Positions 14,001 to 27,614 of a DNA stretch of 64,000 nucleotides are shown in pieces. Source of the DNA: Proteromonas lacertae (Eukaryota). Position 1 is the first letter of the stretch. Every line of letters begins with the position of its first letter. The position numbers and the translations under genes are program-made. The stretch lies in NCBI GenBank assembly GCA_002245135.1, contig NGBS01000012.1:62001-126000 (forward strand), read 5' to 3'. Below the pieces are notes generated by a model, which did not search any database, had not been told where the DNA came from, and saw nothing but the letters and a program-made list of their open reading frames with translations.

Positions 14001-17000
14001 TTAACTATTGATTTTGAATTCTTTATAAAACCACAGTGTAAACAGTATTTATCTGTAATTGCATTTATATGAGAACATACACAACATAACCATCTATAAT
14101 CTATTTCAATAAATAAATTAATTATATATATAATATTATTATACTATCCATATTAGTGTAATATAATGGAATAACAGTATTCTCATTACCATAAAAGCTA
14201 TTTTTTTCATTCAAAATATCTCTAATCAACTTAATAATATGAATATTGTAAGCATCTAACAAATGATCATGAAGAGATAATAAATATAATAAATGAAAAC
14301 CAACACTAGAAATATGAACATCTTCACTATGACAAAGTGTTAATATTTGATCACAATTATAAACATAACCTCTCAATGTCTTTGGAATTGGATCATATTG
14401 AATACAATCGAATATCTTTGGAGTACAAAGTGGTAACTGCTCTTTAGTTTCATAGTCTTTGTCAATTTCAGTACAGTAATTTATATCATCGATTTTTAAA
14501 TTGGGGGTTTCTAATCAAATATATATATATATATATAATATACTTATCATTTGTATAACTCTTCCCCATCTTCTGGTTGATTCATGATTATATCCTTTAA
14601 TAATAACACTAGAAGGTGACTCTAATAAATTATTTTGACTCTTTTTTTCTAATATAAATGCTTGTTCATTATCTTCAGTAATAATTGAATTAATGGTATA
14701 ATCATTTATAATATATTTGTTAGTCAATAATAACTTACAATTTATGTCATTTTTCATTGTATATTCATTATCATCATCTGCTTTATTCTCTATACTTTCT
14801 TTACCTAATAATAGCTCCAAACCAGCTACAACTAAATCACTTCCCATTGATGTTAATTTGGATGGATTTTTGAATATATCCGTTAAAGATGTAACGACAT
14901 TTTTTACACCATCTACAATAATATCTACAGTACTACTACCTCGTCGCAATGGAACAATCACTTTGTATTCGTACAAAATACCATTGTAGATAATACAATA
15001 ACGATATTTCCATCCCTTTTCATCACAATCATCATCAGTATTTTCATTATTTTCATTATTCTGATTCTTACAATATAATGCACCACATTTTATTCCATTA
15101 TTATCTAATCGATTAGCTAATGGATATACCAAATTATTTAAGTTATATAATAAAGCCATCATTATACGAGGAATAATAATTTCAATATTTTCACATTTTA
15201 ATAAGTAGAATAATACATCAATAGTTAAGAATTTCAACAATCCAATATTGTTGTTGGTTTGAGGCTTGGTGATTTGATTCACTATTTCATTGGAGATTGA
15301 TTTGATTTCTTCATTTTCACTTTTAGTATAATTTATAATAGATGATAATATCTTTGGTTTTAATAATAATATTTGGATAGACTCTTTATCTACTAAATAC
15401 GCCTTGAATAACTTCAAACTATGTTTGACAACTGTTAAATCTTCACTATCCAAATACTTACTACAAATTAAGATATTATTCTTCTGATGTTTTGTTAAAA
15501 TGGTTCTCACAAATGGGTTACGAAAACATTGAACGAAAAATTGCATAAATAAAACCAAGAATTTTGATGGTAAATCTGCAACTACCATTTTTAGGAATAA
15601 TTCATCCAATATCTTCTTCTTTCCTAAACATGAGAGAGAAATTTCTCCATTTTTCTTAACAATAATATTCGCAACCATTAAAACAAAATTATATAAAACA
15701 TCTTCATTTGTATCTAAGTAATAATTAAAAATTTCAATTTGTTCAGAAGATGTAAAACAGTCTGAAAAATCATAATTACTCTTGATTAATTCAGTAAAAT
15801 TGGATTTATAAGTACTTAATAATTCATCATCACCTGTCTTATTTTCTTTCATTTTCATTACCAATTCTGAACATTTCAAATAATTGTAGGAAATTAAATA
15901 TTTCTTTTTGTTTTCATATAAAAAGTTAATTATTTTCATTGCATTTCTTATTATAGACTATTTCAATAATATAAAATAATATATATATATATATATACAT
16001 GACTGTGAAATGTGCCATCTAATGCCTTAATCAATGATAAATATATCAATTCACAATTCTTTGTCAATACACTTACCTTATCAGGTTTAGCGGTGGGTAG
16101 TTTATGATTAATATATTGTAATATTATCTCAGTTACTTTCTCAATATGGTTATTGATTGTTTCAAGCATTGTAGTGAAGGTTAATCTGGAGATTACTTTC
16201 TTATTAACGAGTTGAGCTATTGAATATTCGATTCTGTCTTTATCACTATTGTTTGATTGATAAATCTCATTTAATATATTGATGATTTTATTAATTTCAT
16301 TTTTAACAAGTGATGATTCGTGTTGAATAATTGTATTGATTATATTACTTAAAGATGATACGATTATATCGTTTCTATATTTATCAAATAACTATTATAA
16401 TGTAATAATAATAATAATAATAATAATATACATCAGTGATAAATGGTATTTTCTCATTTATTGAATCATTATATTCATAAACTAATAAACTGTTTCTATA
16501 TATATATAATATATATAATATATATACATAATAGATACAACGCTTCTTAATATTTCAATATTATCACTATTCTCTAACAATTCATATAACATACTACTTT
16601 TATTAACTAGCCAATTTACCATTGTTTTATTATCATTATTTTCATTTAATAATATCGCACATAACTGTAATATTGATAAAGTTAATAACTCATCATTCTT
16701 ATCTTTATATATATCTTGTAACGACTCTATTATTGGAACAGATATAGAGATGATTTCATCTTTCAAACCATCAGCTTGTGCAAAATAAATTAAACATTTT
16801 ATTACTTCTGTTTTGACTTTAGGATCTTCATTAATTAGTAGAAATTGTAAATCAGCTTTCATATCTTTATAAATTTCTTCAATTTTTAATTTCTTATCTT
16901 CCATTGTATAAATATTGTGAATTTTATCTCTACAACGATTTATATCACCATAATATTTTTCTATATTGGGTACTAATTTGAGATTGGCTTGATTTATCTT

Positions 17001-17444
17001 TTCATAAAATGAATTCAAATTATCAATACTAGAGTGATATAGAGTATGTATTTCACCATTAACTTCACATATTTCTAATCTATTGACCTTTTTACTTTGA
17101 TATAACTTACAATTACATCCACATATATAGAGCTTTAATAATGGTAAATTAGTCATATGGTTCTTGTCGTATATGTAAAGAAAATGCTGTCTTATAGCAA
17201 CATAACACAATATTTCTCTTCTAGATGCCAAAGACTCATAGTTGAAATAGTCAAAACAATTTACTTCGTTTAAATCAAAGTAAATGTTCTTTTCTAATGT
17301 TAGTTTTCTTAATAGAGTCTTTAGATGCTAAAAAAATACAAATATTAATATTATAAATACATCAATTCCTTGTCTCATTTCATCTGCATTATTCTGTTTT
17401 ATATTAGAGCATATATCTTGGAAAGAACAGATAGAGTCATTCAT
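11068..17444 (-). CDS. Large ARM/HEAT-repeat protein with about three PH domains and a C-terminal IQ motif
   Basis: PH-like motifs: SRREILCYVAIRQHFLYIY, GWKYRYCIIYNGILYEY..ESTRRWGRVI, WFKKRDIVLVNGYIYEY..DEWYNKI. IQ motif AAIYIQSVFRG. Helical Leu/Ile-rich segments between them; ORFs joined by short GT-AG introns. Confidence 0.7.
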
Positions 17445-17653
17445 TTTTCTAGTTCTTCAGTTAATTTTTAGAATTTATGTATATAACAGTATAAATGATA
17501 TCAAATATGATAAATGATTCTCTTCTATTACAATCGTACAAAAGAATATCTTTTCAAATCAAAAATACAGCCTAATACAACTCCAATAAGCTTGACTCGA
17601 CATTTATATTTTTTACTTAAATTGGTGTTGCAGTGGTTATAGTTCTTAGAATA

Positions 17654-19308
17654 ATGCAAGAACTTCTTCAATCTGATGAAAATGTTAAAGTTTATAAAAA
17701 TTATAAGTACGGAGATGTGGTTATGGTTAAAGAGTATAATATAAAGAACATGGGAGAAAAACAAAAAATAAGAATGAAAAGAGAAGTAAAAATCATTTAT
17801 AATTTATAATTTATAGCTTGAGATATTGAAAGACACTAATAATCGTTATTTAGTTCATTATTTAGATTTTAAAGAACATGATGATAAATTGGAAATTACA
17901 TTGGAATATCTTCATGGATCAACGTTAGAAAGTTATATAAAACGAACAAGAGATGCTCATCATCGTTTTCAAGAACATGTACAGTTATTTATGTAATTTA
18001 ATAGACAATAAAGAGATGTTTATCGAATTTAATACAAGGATTACACTATTTACACACTCCAAGAGGAAAGGATAACAAATATATAATTCATCGAGAGATT
18101 AATCCCAAAACAGTGATGATATCATTGGGAGGAGAGTTTGTATTAGGTGATTTAGGAATGGCACGTGAAATAGATAGTAGTGATTTACAAACATCAATAG
18201 CTTTGGATAATTCAACTACTTCAACTATAGTAAGAAGTAATCAATATATATGTTATTCAGCTCCTGAGATGTTAAATCCTGATTATGATTATAAAGTTGA
18301 TTTATGGAGTGTAGGATGTTTATTACTTGAAATGTGTAATTTAATAACTCCACCAATTGAATTTAGTGAATATTCCAAAGTAGTAGTTAATAAAGATTTG
18401 AAATTGAATTATAAAAAGATAAGTTCATACTACAGTGATGAATTGAGAGATATAATAAGTCATTTATTAGAAGTTAATGCAGATAAAAGATGTAGTACTG
18501 ATGATATATTAAATTCCAAATATTTGAGAGAATATTTGAATAATGAAATAAATAGTGAAGAAGGAGGTGATATTCCAATTAATTTAGATTTATATTTACA
18601 ACATGATAATGATGATGATAATGATGATGATGAGAGGAATAATAGTTCAAGTGAAGAGAGTGTAATAATTCTAAATAATGTGAGTGATATTTATTCAGTT
18701 GAAAATGTATTTAAAGGTGAAGTATGTAGTAAACCATCAAATATAAATATAATAAATTCAATAAAAGTTAGTGATTATAGTTGGATTACTAGTATAGAAG
18801 ATAGAAAATGGTTTATTCCAGTGAATCTAGATATGGATGAAGGAAGAATACCTTATTTTCATAATGATGAAGAAATAAAAAGTATGATTTAATATTGTTT
18901 TATTATAAATGTTTAGGATTTATCTCTAATAAAGAAATATATCGTGTATATCATGTAATTGTGAATATATTATTGAATTTCTATGGTTATGAAATATTAA
19001 AATCTAATAATGATGAACCAATAATTGGAGAAACAAGAGATGGTTTGACAAGATTCAAGATTTGGTTTAAAGGCAATTTAGAAACTTTGTTTATGAGAAG
19101 ATTATTATTGAGTATGAAAATAACTAAACACATATACTTTCCATTATTATATAAGAGATTATTTGAATGTTTTAAAGATAGTGATTTTGTGGATGACATA
19201 AATTTGAGTAAAAGTAAATTTAAAGCAAATTTCTTAGATTTATTGAAAGATAATAAAAAGTATGAAAATATTTATAAAGCTGCTTATAATTGGTGTAATA
19301 ATAATTAA
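17654..19308 (+). CDS. NEK-like protein kinase/pseudokinase (copy A2, inverted near-identical duplicate of A1)
   Basis: The 18113 and 18895 ORFs match the 8406 and 7624 ORFs except for TSIALDNS vs TSMTLNNS. Start codon is approximate. Confidence 0.8.
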
Positions 19309-19362
19309 ATGAATTATACTATTTTTTATTTTATTTTGTTATTTAATTCATTTTAATGAAAA
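17730..19362 (+). repeat. Arm 2 of a ~1.6 kb near-identical inverted repeat (partner ~7157-8790)
   Basis: Same sequence as arm 1 in the opposite orientation; identity decays 5' of AAGAACATGGGAGAA. Confidence 0.9.
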
Positions 19363-19486
19363 GATTGTAACTTCATTAAACAGATGTGAAATATGAAGTA
19401 TTTGTCTCCAAACAACTTAAATATGATGTAAGTGTTTATCTAAACAAATTTTTATACAAAATAAACAATTTAGGAATAATTACTAT

Positions 19487-21206
19487 TTAGTTAAAACTAA
19501 AATCAGAATCAGAATCACTATCAGTGATATTATCAATTTTCAAGCTTTTATTAGGATGTTTATCTTTTATTCTTCTTTTGAAATCATTATAATTTGATAG
19601 TTTATTGTGTTTAGTTGATATAAAACAAAGTATTTTGCATTTGTGAAGGTTATTAATTAGTATTTCCCCACCAGTATCACTGATTTCACTTTTATTAATA
19701 AGCAATTCTCTTAGATTGGGTATTCTATTAATATTTTCACATAAACATTTCACACCTACATCTCCTATTCTATTATCTATTGATAATTATTTTATATTAA
19801 AAATATTATATTTATACTGTCAATCCATAATACTTCTAAAAACTGAATATCTTTAAAATGAAATGATAAATATTTCATGTCATTTTCTCCTAGTTCACAT
19901 TCATATAGTTTTAATATCTTCAGTTTAGGAATAAAATGAAGATTATCTGTAAATACCTTTAAACCATCATTACCTATTGGATTTTCACTTATATTCAATT
20001 GGAGTAAGTTAGGGAAGAATTTCAAACATTTTGAAAATTCATTTAATCCAATTGATGTTATATTGTTACTATGAATATTGATTTTTTTAATATTATTAAC
20101 TTCATTTAACTTTGAACAGAAATATGTCAATCCTTTATCTTTAATTTCATCTATAATGATTATATATTATAACATGATATTATTTATATACATTTATCAA
20201 ACCATAACTCTTCACCTTTCTCTTTTATACATTTATCTAAAAGAGAATCAATCCAAGATTCTAGTTACAAATATAATATTAAAAACAACATTTATACTCA
20301 TCTCTTTAGTGACTTTATCTTTTTCTAATACTACTTCATGTGGATTTTCTGATTCATTTAATTCTATTTCATTAATATTATATTATCAATATTATACTTT
20401 TCAGCACAGTTATTATATCATCCAATTTCAATCTTTCCACTTTTTCTTTTTGAAGTATTCTTCTCAAGATACTGTTGATTTCATTATTATCTAAAAGTGC
20501 ATAATTAGCAGTTTTAATGTTGTTTATTATTGCTGCTTGATTAGAACCAACAAATGGATATTTTCCACTTATTATATAATAGAATATTAATCCAAAATTC
20601 CATATATCACTCCATATATCCAACTCTTTTCCTACCAATTCATCAATACAAACAAAACACAAATCTTCCATCTTTCCTGTGATTCTCTTGTTTTCTTTTC
20701 CTTTATATAATAGACTATTTAAATAATCACTCAGAACTACTTCATTTTTATCATTTAGAAAGATATTGGAAGGTTTTAAATCACTGTGAATTGTTCTATT
20801 TTCATGTAAACTCTTTATGACCAACAATATTTTGTTTGATATATTATATGTGCCACATTCTTTAAAATATTCCACTGGTTTTATTTCATCTAAATGTGTT
20901 TTATAGTCATTCATTATTCTATACAACACATTGTCATTAATTTCAATTATCTTATATTTCATTATACCATTTATATTCAAATTATTTATTTTTTTCATTG
21001 TATTTACCACTTCAACTACTATTTTTTGATCTAACTCACTTAAAGCCATTACTTTCAATATTTTTTTTGAATTATCACTTAAATCTTTTATTGCTAACAT
21101 CGAATTACCACTTTGTTGAGTAATTAACTAAAACATTAATAAAAGTGAAGAACAATATTTATACCCCATATTTGTGACTATTCAGCCAATTAGTGATAGA
21201 ATTCAT
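19487..21206 (-). CDS. Atypical kinase + LRR protein (copy B2, paralog of B1)
   Basis: First exon MNSITNWLNSHKYG has the same length and intron position as B1. IHSDLKPSNIFL core is identical. LRRs LLQLNISENPIGNDG and LRELLINKSEISDTGG. Confidence 0.8.
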
Positions 21207-21408
21207 AATTTATATTCAATAATCAAGAATATAACGACTAAAAAAAGGGATTTAATAAAATTTAATCTCAAGCTTTCTAAATTTAGCTTGATGCTTTTTT
21301 TCTCTTTTCTTTTTATTATGTATATAGTGCAGTGTTCATAATAAAATTATAAAGTGAATAAATAAATGTGAATTAATACATTTCCTATACATTCGGGGGG
21401 AAAAATAA

Positions 21409-21475
21409 TGAGATAAGAGAGATTGTAACCCCGTTGGACTTGGAAACCACTGCGCTACCTTTACGCCATTACCTC
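21409..21475 (-). pseudogene. Degenerate tRNA-Trp copy
   Basis: Minus strand reads GAGGTAATGGCGTAAAGGTAGCGCAGTGGTTTCCAAGTCCAACGGGGTTACAATCTCTCTTATCTCA and aligns to the 10913 tRNA. Acceptor and D arm are largely kept, the anticodon stem is broken, and it is 5 nt shorter in the variable/T arm. Confidence 0.8.
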
Positions 21476-21545
21476 TTGACATTTATTTTTGAATTAGGGT
21501 TAATAATACCCAGAATGAAATAACAACTAAACTATAACTATTAAT

Positions 21546-24500
21546 TTATTTATGATAAAGCATTTCTTCTATTTCATCATTTATCAATTTTTCATATGTT
21601 TCATTTCCATATCCTTTTGGAATATACTTACTTATTTTTTCATTTAAATCATCACTATCATTCAAGTCTTTAATATTTCCAACATACTCATCAAATGATT
21701 TATTTGGTATTAAACTCATTTTTCTATCACACTATTTTAATAATATAAACTATTTAAAAATACTTTTTCATAATCAAAGCAATCATTAAATTGAGAATCT
21801 TTAAACATCACTATCATACTTGCATATTCTAAATATTCAATACATCCACTACTGAAGAAATTCTCTTTAAAATTGTGTTTTACTACCAACTCACAATTAT
21901 TCTCTAAGAAATCATGTAATAATTTCTATTATAAATAAATATAAATAAGTTATATATACTCTGGGAAATTCACCTTTAAATACTGGTAATACATATTTTC
22001 CACTTCTTATATACCTCTTCTTACTGTAAAATATTGGGAAATAACTCCAACCAACTCTTTTCAAACCATTCTTTTTATTCTTGTGAGTATATTCGTATAT
22101 TTCAAATACAATAATCATATTATCATTATATTCTATTAAGCTGTTATGCTATAACAATATATATAACATTATTATTATACAGATAAATGATTCTGATAAT
22201 AAATACTTCCTATTTTACTATCCCAGTTTATACTTTCAGTGTAACTTACATTAGTACCATTATTATTATCAGTAAAGTATAAACCAGGCGGAATATTCGT
22301 ACTTACAATTTTATACACTTTCTTTCCCTTCATTCCATGTAATGATAATATTGAATATTCAAACCCCATTGTTGAGTTATATTCACATATTAAATCATAA
22401 TTAATATATTTATCAGGATGAATGTCAAATGATTTATTTAAAGCATTCATCATTTCTTCGAATGTTCTTAAACTAATTGTAGATGGATAAATAATTCTCA
22501 AAATATCACATATTAAAGGATTAATTCGATTTTTTCGCTTTTCATATAGTTTAGTTTCACTAATTGTTATTGGTTTACACATACTACTATCATATTGGCA
22601 ATGGCAATATGGAACTGATGGTTTTAATACTCCTTTCTCTATTCCTTCTTCTTCTTCAAAATTAGCACTATTATAACAATATCCTGTTATTGGATCTTTT
22701 GGAGCATTCAATATTCTTATCAATACAGTTGTACAAGGCAAACGATTGTTATTCCTATACAAATCATCACTTCTTATTTTGCTATATTCTTTTATGTTAT
22801 ATGGTCCTTCATAGACTGGTATTTGCCAACTTCCTTCATTCAATATATAATGAATATCACTGATATTAGGTTGAACTCCACTTTTAGGTTGTCTGAATAT
22901 ATTTATACTGCTATAACCTACAACTTTTACTGCTTTTGTCACTTCTTCTATTGCATCAATTCGAATGATTAGAGTAGCACTTCCATTGACATGAGGACTT
23001 CTCATTTCAATTTTACAACGATAAGAGAATTCAGGATCATATAATAAATTACTGTCATTGGGTTTACTAATTTCACTTACTAAACTACAGAGTTTTTCTT
23101 TGTTTTCATTATACACTAACAAATTACATTTTGATGCTAAAACATTATCTGGTAAAGAACGAATTCCATCACAATAAATATCAACTCCATCGGATATAGT
23201 AAATAGCTTTTCTTCAGAAGGAGCTGGATTGACATGATAAATGAAAGGGTTATTATTAATTGCAAAAGAATCAGAATTATTCTATATATATAAAACGATA
23301 TATATATATATATAATAAACGATATATATATATACATATGTTTCTATTCTTGGATTATATATTGTAAGTACTATTTTAGCAGAATCTTCGGATGGTTTAC
23401 ACAATTCAAAATCTTTAAGATTGATTGGTGGATCATTTAAATCTAAAAACTTCTTTCTATAGAGAATTTTGTTGTTTAATCCAACTAAATTCAGACAATT
23501 CCAATACCTTAATCTACTATTTGAATATATTTTGATTAGAATTGTATCATTTTGCTGTGGATCTAAGTTTTTACTCATATTCTATTATTATATGATAATA
23601 TTATAATTATACTTGTATCTTTTCCCATACATAACTATCATCTCTCAATATAGCAGGAGGACTTGTATATTCAACAGAAATATTGGTTGGATCATCTTTT
23701 TTGAATAAACTAATTTCACATACAGGAATTGTCATTGGCTTTTTAGTTGTTAAATAATCTAAAACAAATCCAATATTTGTATATTCTTTGTTTCTTTTCA
23801 TTTGATTTTCTATTACTCCAACAGCTCTCATTTTCTGTTTCATTGTATTTGTTAAGAGTTTATGTGGTTCTTCCTCTTCTTTTTTTTCTTCTTTTATTTC
23901 TGGCATAAATATATCTGGACTTTTTATTGAAGTTTGTATTGGAGATTGATGAATACTTGGTTGTTTGATTGGTTCTTCTTTTGGTAAAGATACCCTACTT
24001 TCTTTATGTGATGGTGATAATGGTAATGGATTTGCAACTGAAATGGAAGTTTTTGATTTTGATTTTGGTAGAAATGGATTAACTAATGCTTGTTTTGGTA
24101 GAGATGGTTTACGTATAATTATCTCTTCTTCCTTCTTTTCTTCTTCTTCTTCATTCTCTTCTTTTACTACATTCTTTTCTTCACTTTCATCTTCTTTTGT
24201 TTCAATCTAATAATATAAAATATAAAATAATTGTATATACAATAGAAGAATGTGTTTTATTAGGTAAAGAATATGTTTTAATTGGTGCATTAGCTGATAA
24301 TAATGGTTGAATACCTTTCTTCTTCCTTCCCACTAGTTTCGATTCATAATTCATATTCTGATTAAGTATATCACCAGCTGTAGATGAATGATGATTTCTA
24401 GAGGTAGAATAAGGTGTAGTAAAAGACGAAGAATATGAAGATATGGATGAATGATATGGTAAAGGAGAAGAATGTTTTGATCTATGAGATATTTTATTAT

Positions 24501-25594
24501 CATCATTATTATGTTGTATTAAAGGAGAAGCATTTATAGAATTCAAAATACTAGATTGCTGTTGTTGTGGCGGTGGTTGTATTAATAAAGTTGGATCAAT
24601 TGTTTTCTTAGGAGATGGAGGTGGAGTTGGTTGTCCATTCAATTTAGCTTTTACATATGTTTTTAAATCTTCCAATTCTGTATTAATATTACATGTATGT
24701 TGTTGCAATAACAACTGTTGTCTTAATAATATATCATTCTGTTGTTTCTGCCTTTGTAATTCCATTTCTTGTAATAACTGTTGTTGTTTTTCTCTTTCTT
24801 TATTCAATTCCTCCTGTTCTTTTAACATTTTTTTATATCTTTCAAGTATATCTTCATTTGGTTGTGGAGGTGGATAATAATAATATGAAGGAGGTATTTG
24901 TGGTGGAGGATAGTTATAATATTGATAAGGAGGTGGCTGCTGTGGCAGTTGAAGTGGTGGCTGATATCTTGATTGAATGTTATTATTGTAAGTATAACCT
25001 GTTGATGATGAAACTGAAGAACTATAAGATGTAGATGAATAAGAAGAACGAGCAGAACGAGATGATGATGATGAGGAGACTGATGAGTATTCTGATATTG
25101 GAGATGCTGGAACGAGTGGAGGTGGAGAAGTAATTGGATGAGAAAAGGGTGTTTGTGGAACTGTTGTTAATTCATCGACTTTTTCCGTTTCATTTAATGA
25201 AAATACTGTTTGTGGCTTTGAAGGAGTTAATGATGTAGATACTTCTGTTACTCGAGATAAAGGAGGAGCAACAAAACTATTTGCTGATAGAACAGATTTT
25301 CCAGCTAATTATTATTAATATATGCATGCATACTATCACTTAAACGATTTGTTGATCTAGAATTCTATAAATATAATGAAATCACTTAGATACTCTATTT
25401 GAAGGTAACTTTTCTCCTAACTTCTCTTTAAATTCATTCTGTAAATTAATCATACTATTTCGAACATCTGCAATAACAGGATTTGAAACAGTCCTTTCAT
25501 GAAACGCATCAAGAGAGTCTTGAATGTTTGACGTAGTAGATACTGTCGATCTACTATGTCTACTAGAGTTATGAATGCTTGGATTGCTTTTCAT
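21546..25594 (-). CDS. Large uncharacterised protein: Ser/Pro/Gln low-complexity + coiled-coil N-half, putative C2-like beta domains in C-half
   Basis: ORFs join through short GT-AG introns. Repeated motifs VGYSSINIF..NEGSWQIPVY and VGWSYFPIF..RSGKYVLPVF resemble atypical C2 domains. Confidence 0.55.
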
Positions 25595-25706
25595 TTAAAA
25601 AAACAAAAAATAACAGACAATTACATCAAAATTTCGGTAAACCCAAAACATTAAAAAAACAGAATTCTTTATTGAAACAAATAATCATTAATAATGATTA
25701 TATTAT

Positions 25707-27505
25707 TTAAATAGGACTACACTTTCTACGAATATAGAACAACAAATAAGGTTCTTCTGAAAGCACTGTATCAATATTACTAATTTTCACACTTTCATCA
25801 TTACAACAATACCAAACATCATTTTCTCTAATATAACAATAGTAATGTCCTCCTGCCAAATTACCAACATGGACTACAATTCCATATAAATCATACAAAA
25901 ACAGTGAAACATCATTACTGACAATATTACTGGAATAGTAATTATATATATTCAAGCCATCAACTGGAAAGTTCAATTTTGTTGGTATTTTAGTTTCACC
26001 ATATTGAAATCTCTGAAAAATAAATTAAAAAATAAATAAATACCGTTATATGAAGACATAAAACAGTTGGTAAAGATGAAAGGAATGTCTTTTTTATTGA
26101 TTTCTATTCAAATTAAAACTGTGTAATATATATATACACTTCCGCCACAATTTGAGCAACTTTTTTGTATTTGTTCTTCATCAATCAATTGATTCAAACA
26201 TTGATACAAATCAATTGCATCTTCAGACTTTGGCATTTCAACAGATATTTCCATTGTAACTTCATAACTTGATGAGATATGATGACAATCACAACATTCC
26301 ATATCACTTCTTAATTGTCCTTGAAATGTGGAATGAACAATACAATCACAATTAGTAGAATCGTTATTTCGATGATTGGTTAATTCTCCATGAATAATAT
26401 CTAAAAAAGACAACAAGAATTCATGTGCGTCATTTTGATTATAGGATGCTAATGAATTGTAAGAAGAACTTGATTTACATTTCTAAAATATTTTAATTAG
26501 AATAATAAATAAATATTATACAGTCCAAAAGATATATAATATATTACTTATATCACATGGTTTTTCATCTGTTGAATACATCTATTAAAAGATAATAATA
26601 TTATATTAAAATACATATGCTAATACAATATCAATAGCACATAATAAACAACATGGAGGATTTTTTGTTCTATTTTCACAAAGCTATAAAAAATGTATTT
26701 ATATAATATATTTATACTGTATTTACATGATTTTCTAATAAGAAATATGTTTTAATTGGTAATGTATGAACTAAACATTGAATTATACAACTCATATAAC
26801 AAGTATTTCCCATTTGATATATTCCTTTAATTCCATATAAATTAGAAGTGTTTAACTTAGAAAATGATTTTGGTTTTTCTTTCAAATATAGAATTGCTTG
26901 ATATACTACAATATAATATTTATATATATATATATACATCTTTGATTTGTTTCAAATTCAGTAACATCATATTTAGAAGCTATTGGATATGTTGGAATAG
27001 CAGTTAAATCAAGATTTTCAATTACATATTTTTCATTTTCAAAGTAATCATCATAAACATAATCACAACATCTTGTACAATAACTAATTAAATCAATAAT
27101 ATACTTGCTTATACATTGAACAGTTTGTAGTATAAGTAAATAAATAATGTGTGGTTTCTATCCAATGTAATGAAAAATGATCTTCACATGCGAAATAAGA
27201 ACACTAAATGATATCATTAATTGAATAAAATATGGATTACATACCTCTAGACAAGCATAATCGCCAATTCTTTCACAATAATTACATTTTGGATATGACT
27301 ATGAATAGAAATAAAAAGATGTTAATTGTACAAATGGAGTTTTCTTATCATCTACCCTGCTTACAAGATATTTTCTTGTATTTACCAATTTACATAAATA
27401 CCTATATGCTTGGATATAAGATATTCTTTTTTCAGTAAATTTGATGTGTTTACAACATCCCTTCTCCAATACCATTTCAAAATCAATTGACATTATTTTT
27501 ACCAA
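25707..27505 (-). CDS. Ubiquitin carboxyl-terminal hydrolase, USP22/Ubp8-like, with N-terminal ZnF-UBP-like region
   Basis: Cys box GIYQMGNTCYMSCIIQCL, QNDAHEF, CDCIVHSTFQGQLRS, His box VVHVGNLAGGHYYCY and YLLFY. Many introns. Confidence 0.85.
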
Positions 27506-27614
27506 AAATTACCAGTTTTATGTAATTTTATATTATTTCTATAACAACAACAACAAATATAAAATAAATTCATTCTAAATAATAATTGAATAAACACAAA
27601 TTGAAAAAATTAGA

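Noticed and set aside
13209..14989. Plus-strand ORFs overlapping the PH/ARM gene, and similar short antisense ORFs elsewhere
   Set aside because: No motifs, and they lie antisense to well-supported coding exons.
7157..19362. Inverted repeats as terminal inverted repeats of a large DNA transposon (Polinton-like)
   Set aside because: The arms are intron-containing kinase genes, and no transposase, integrase, polymerase or target-site duplication is visible.
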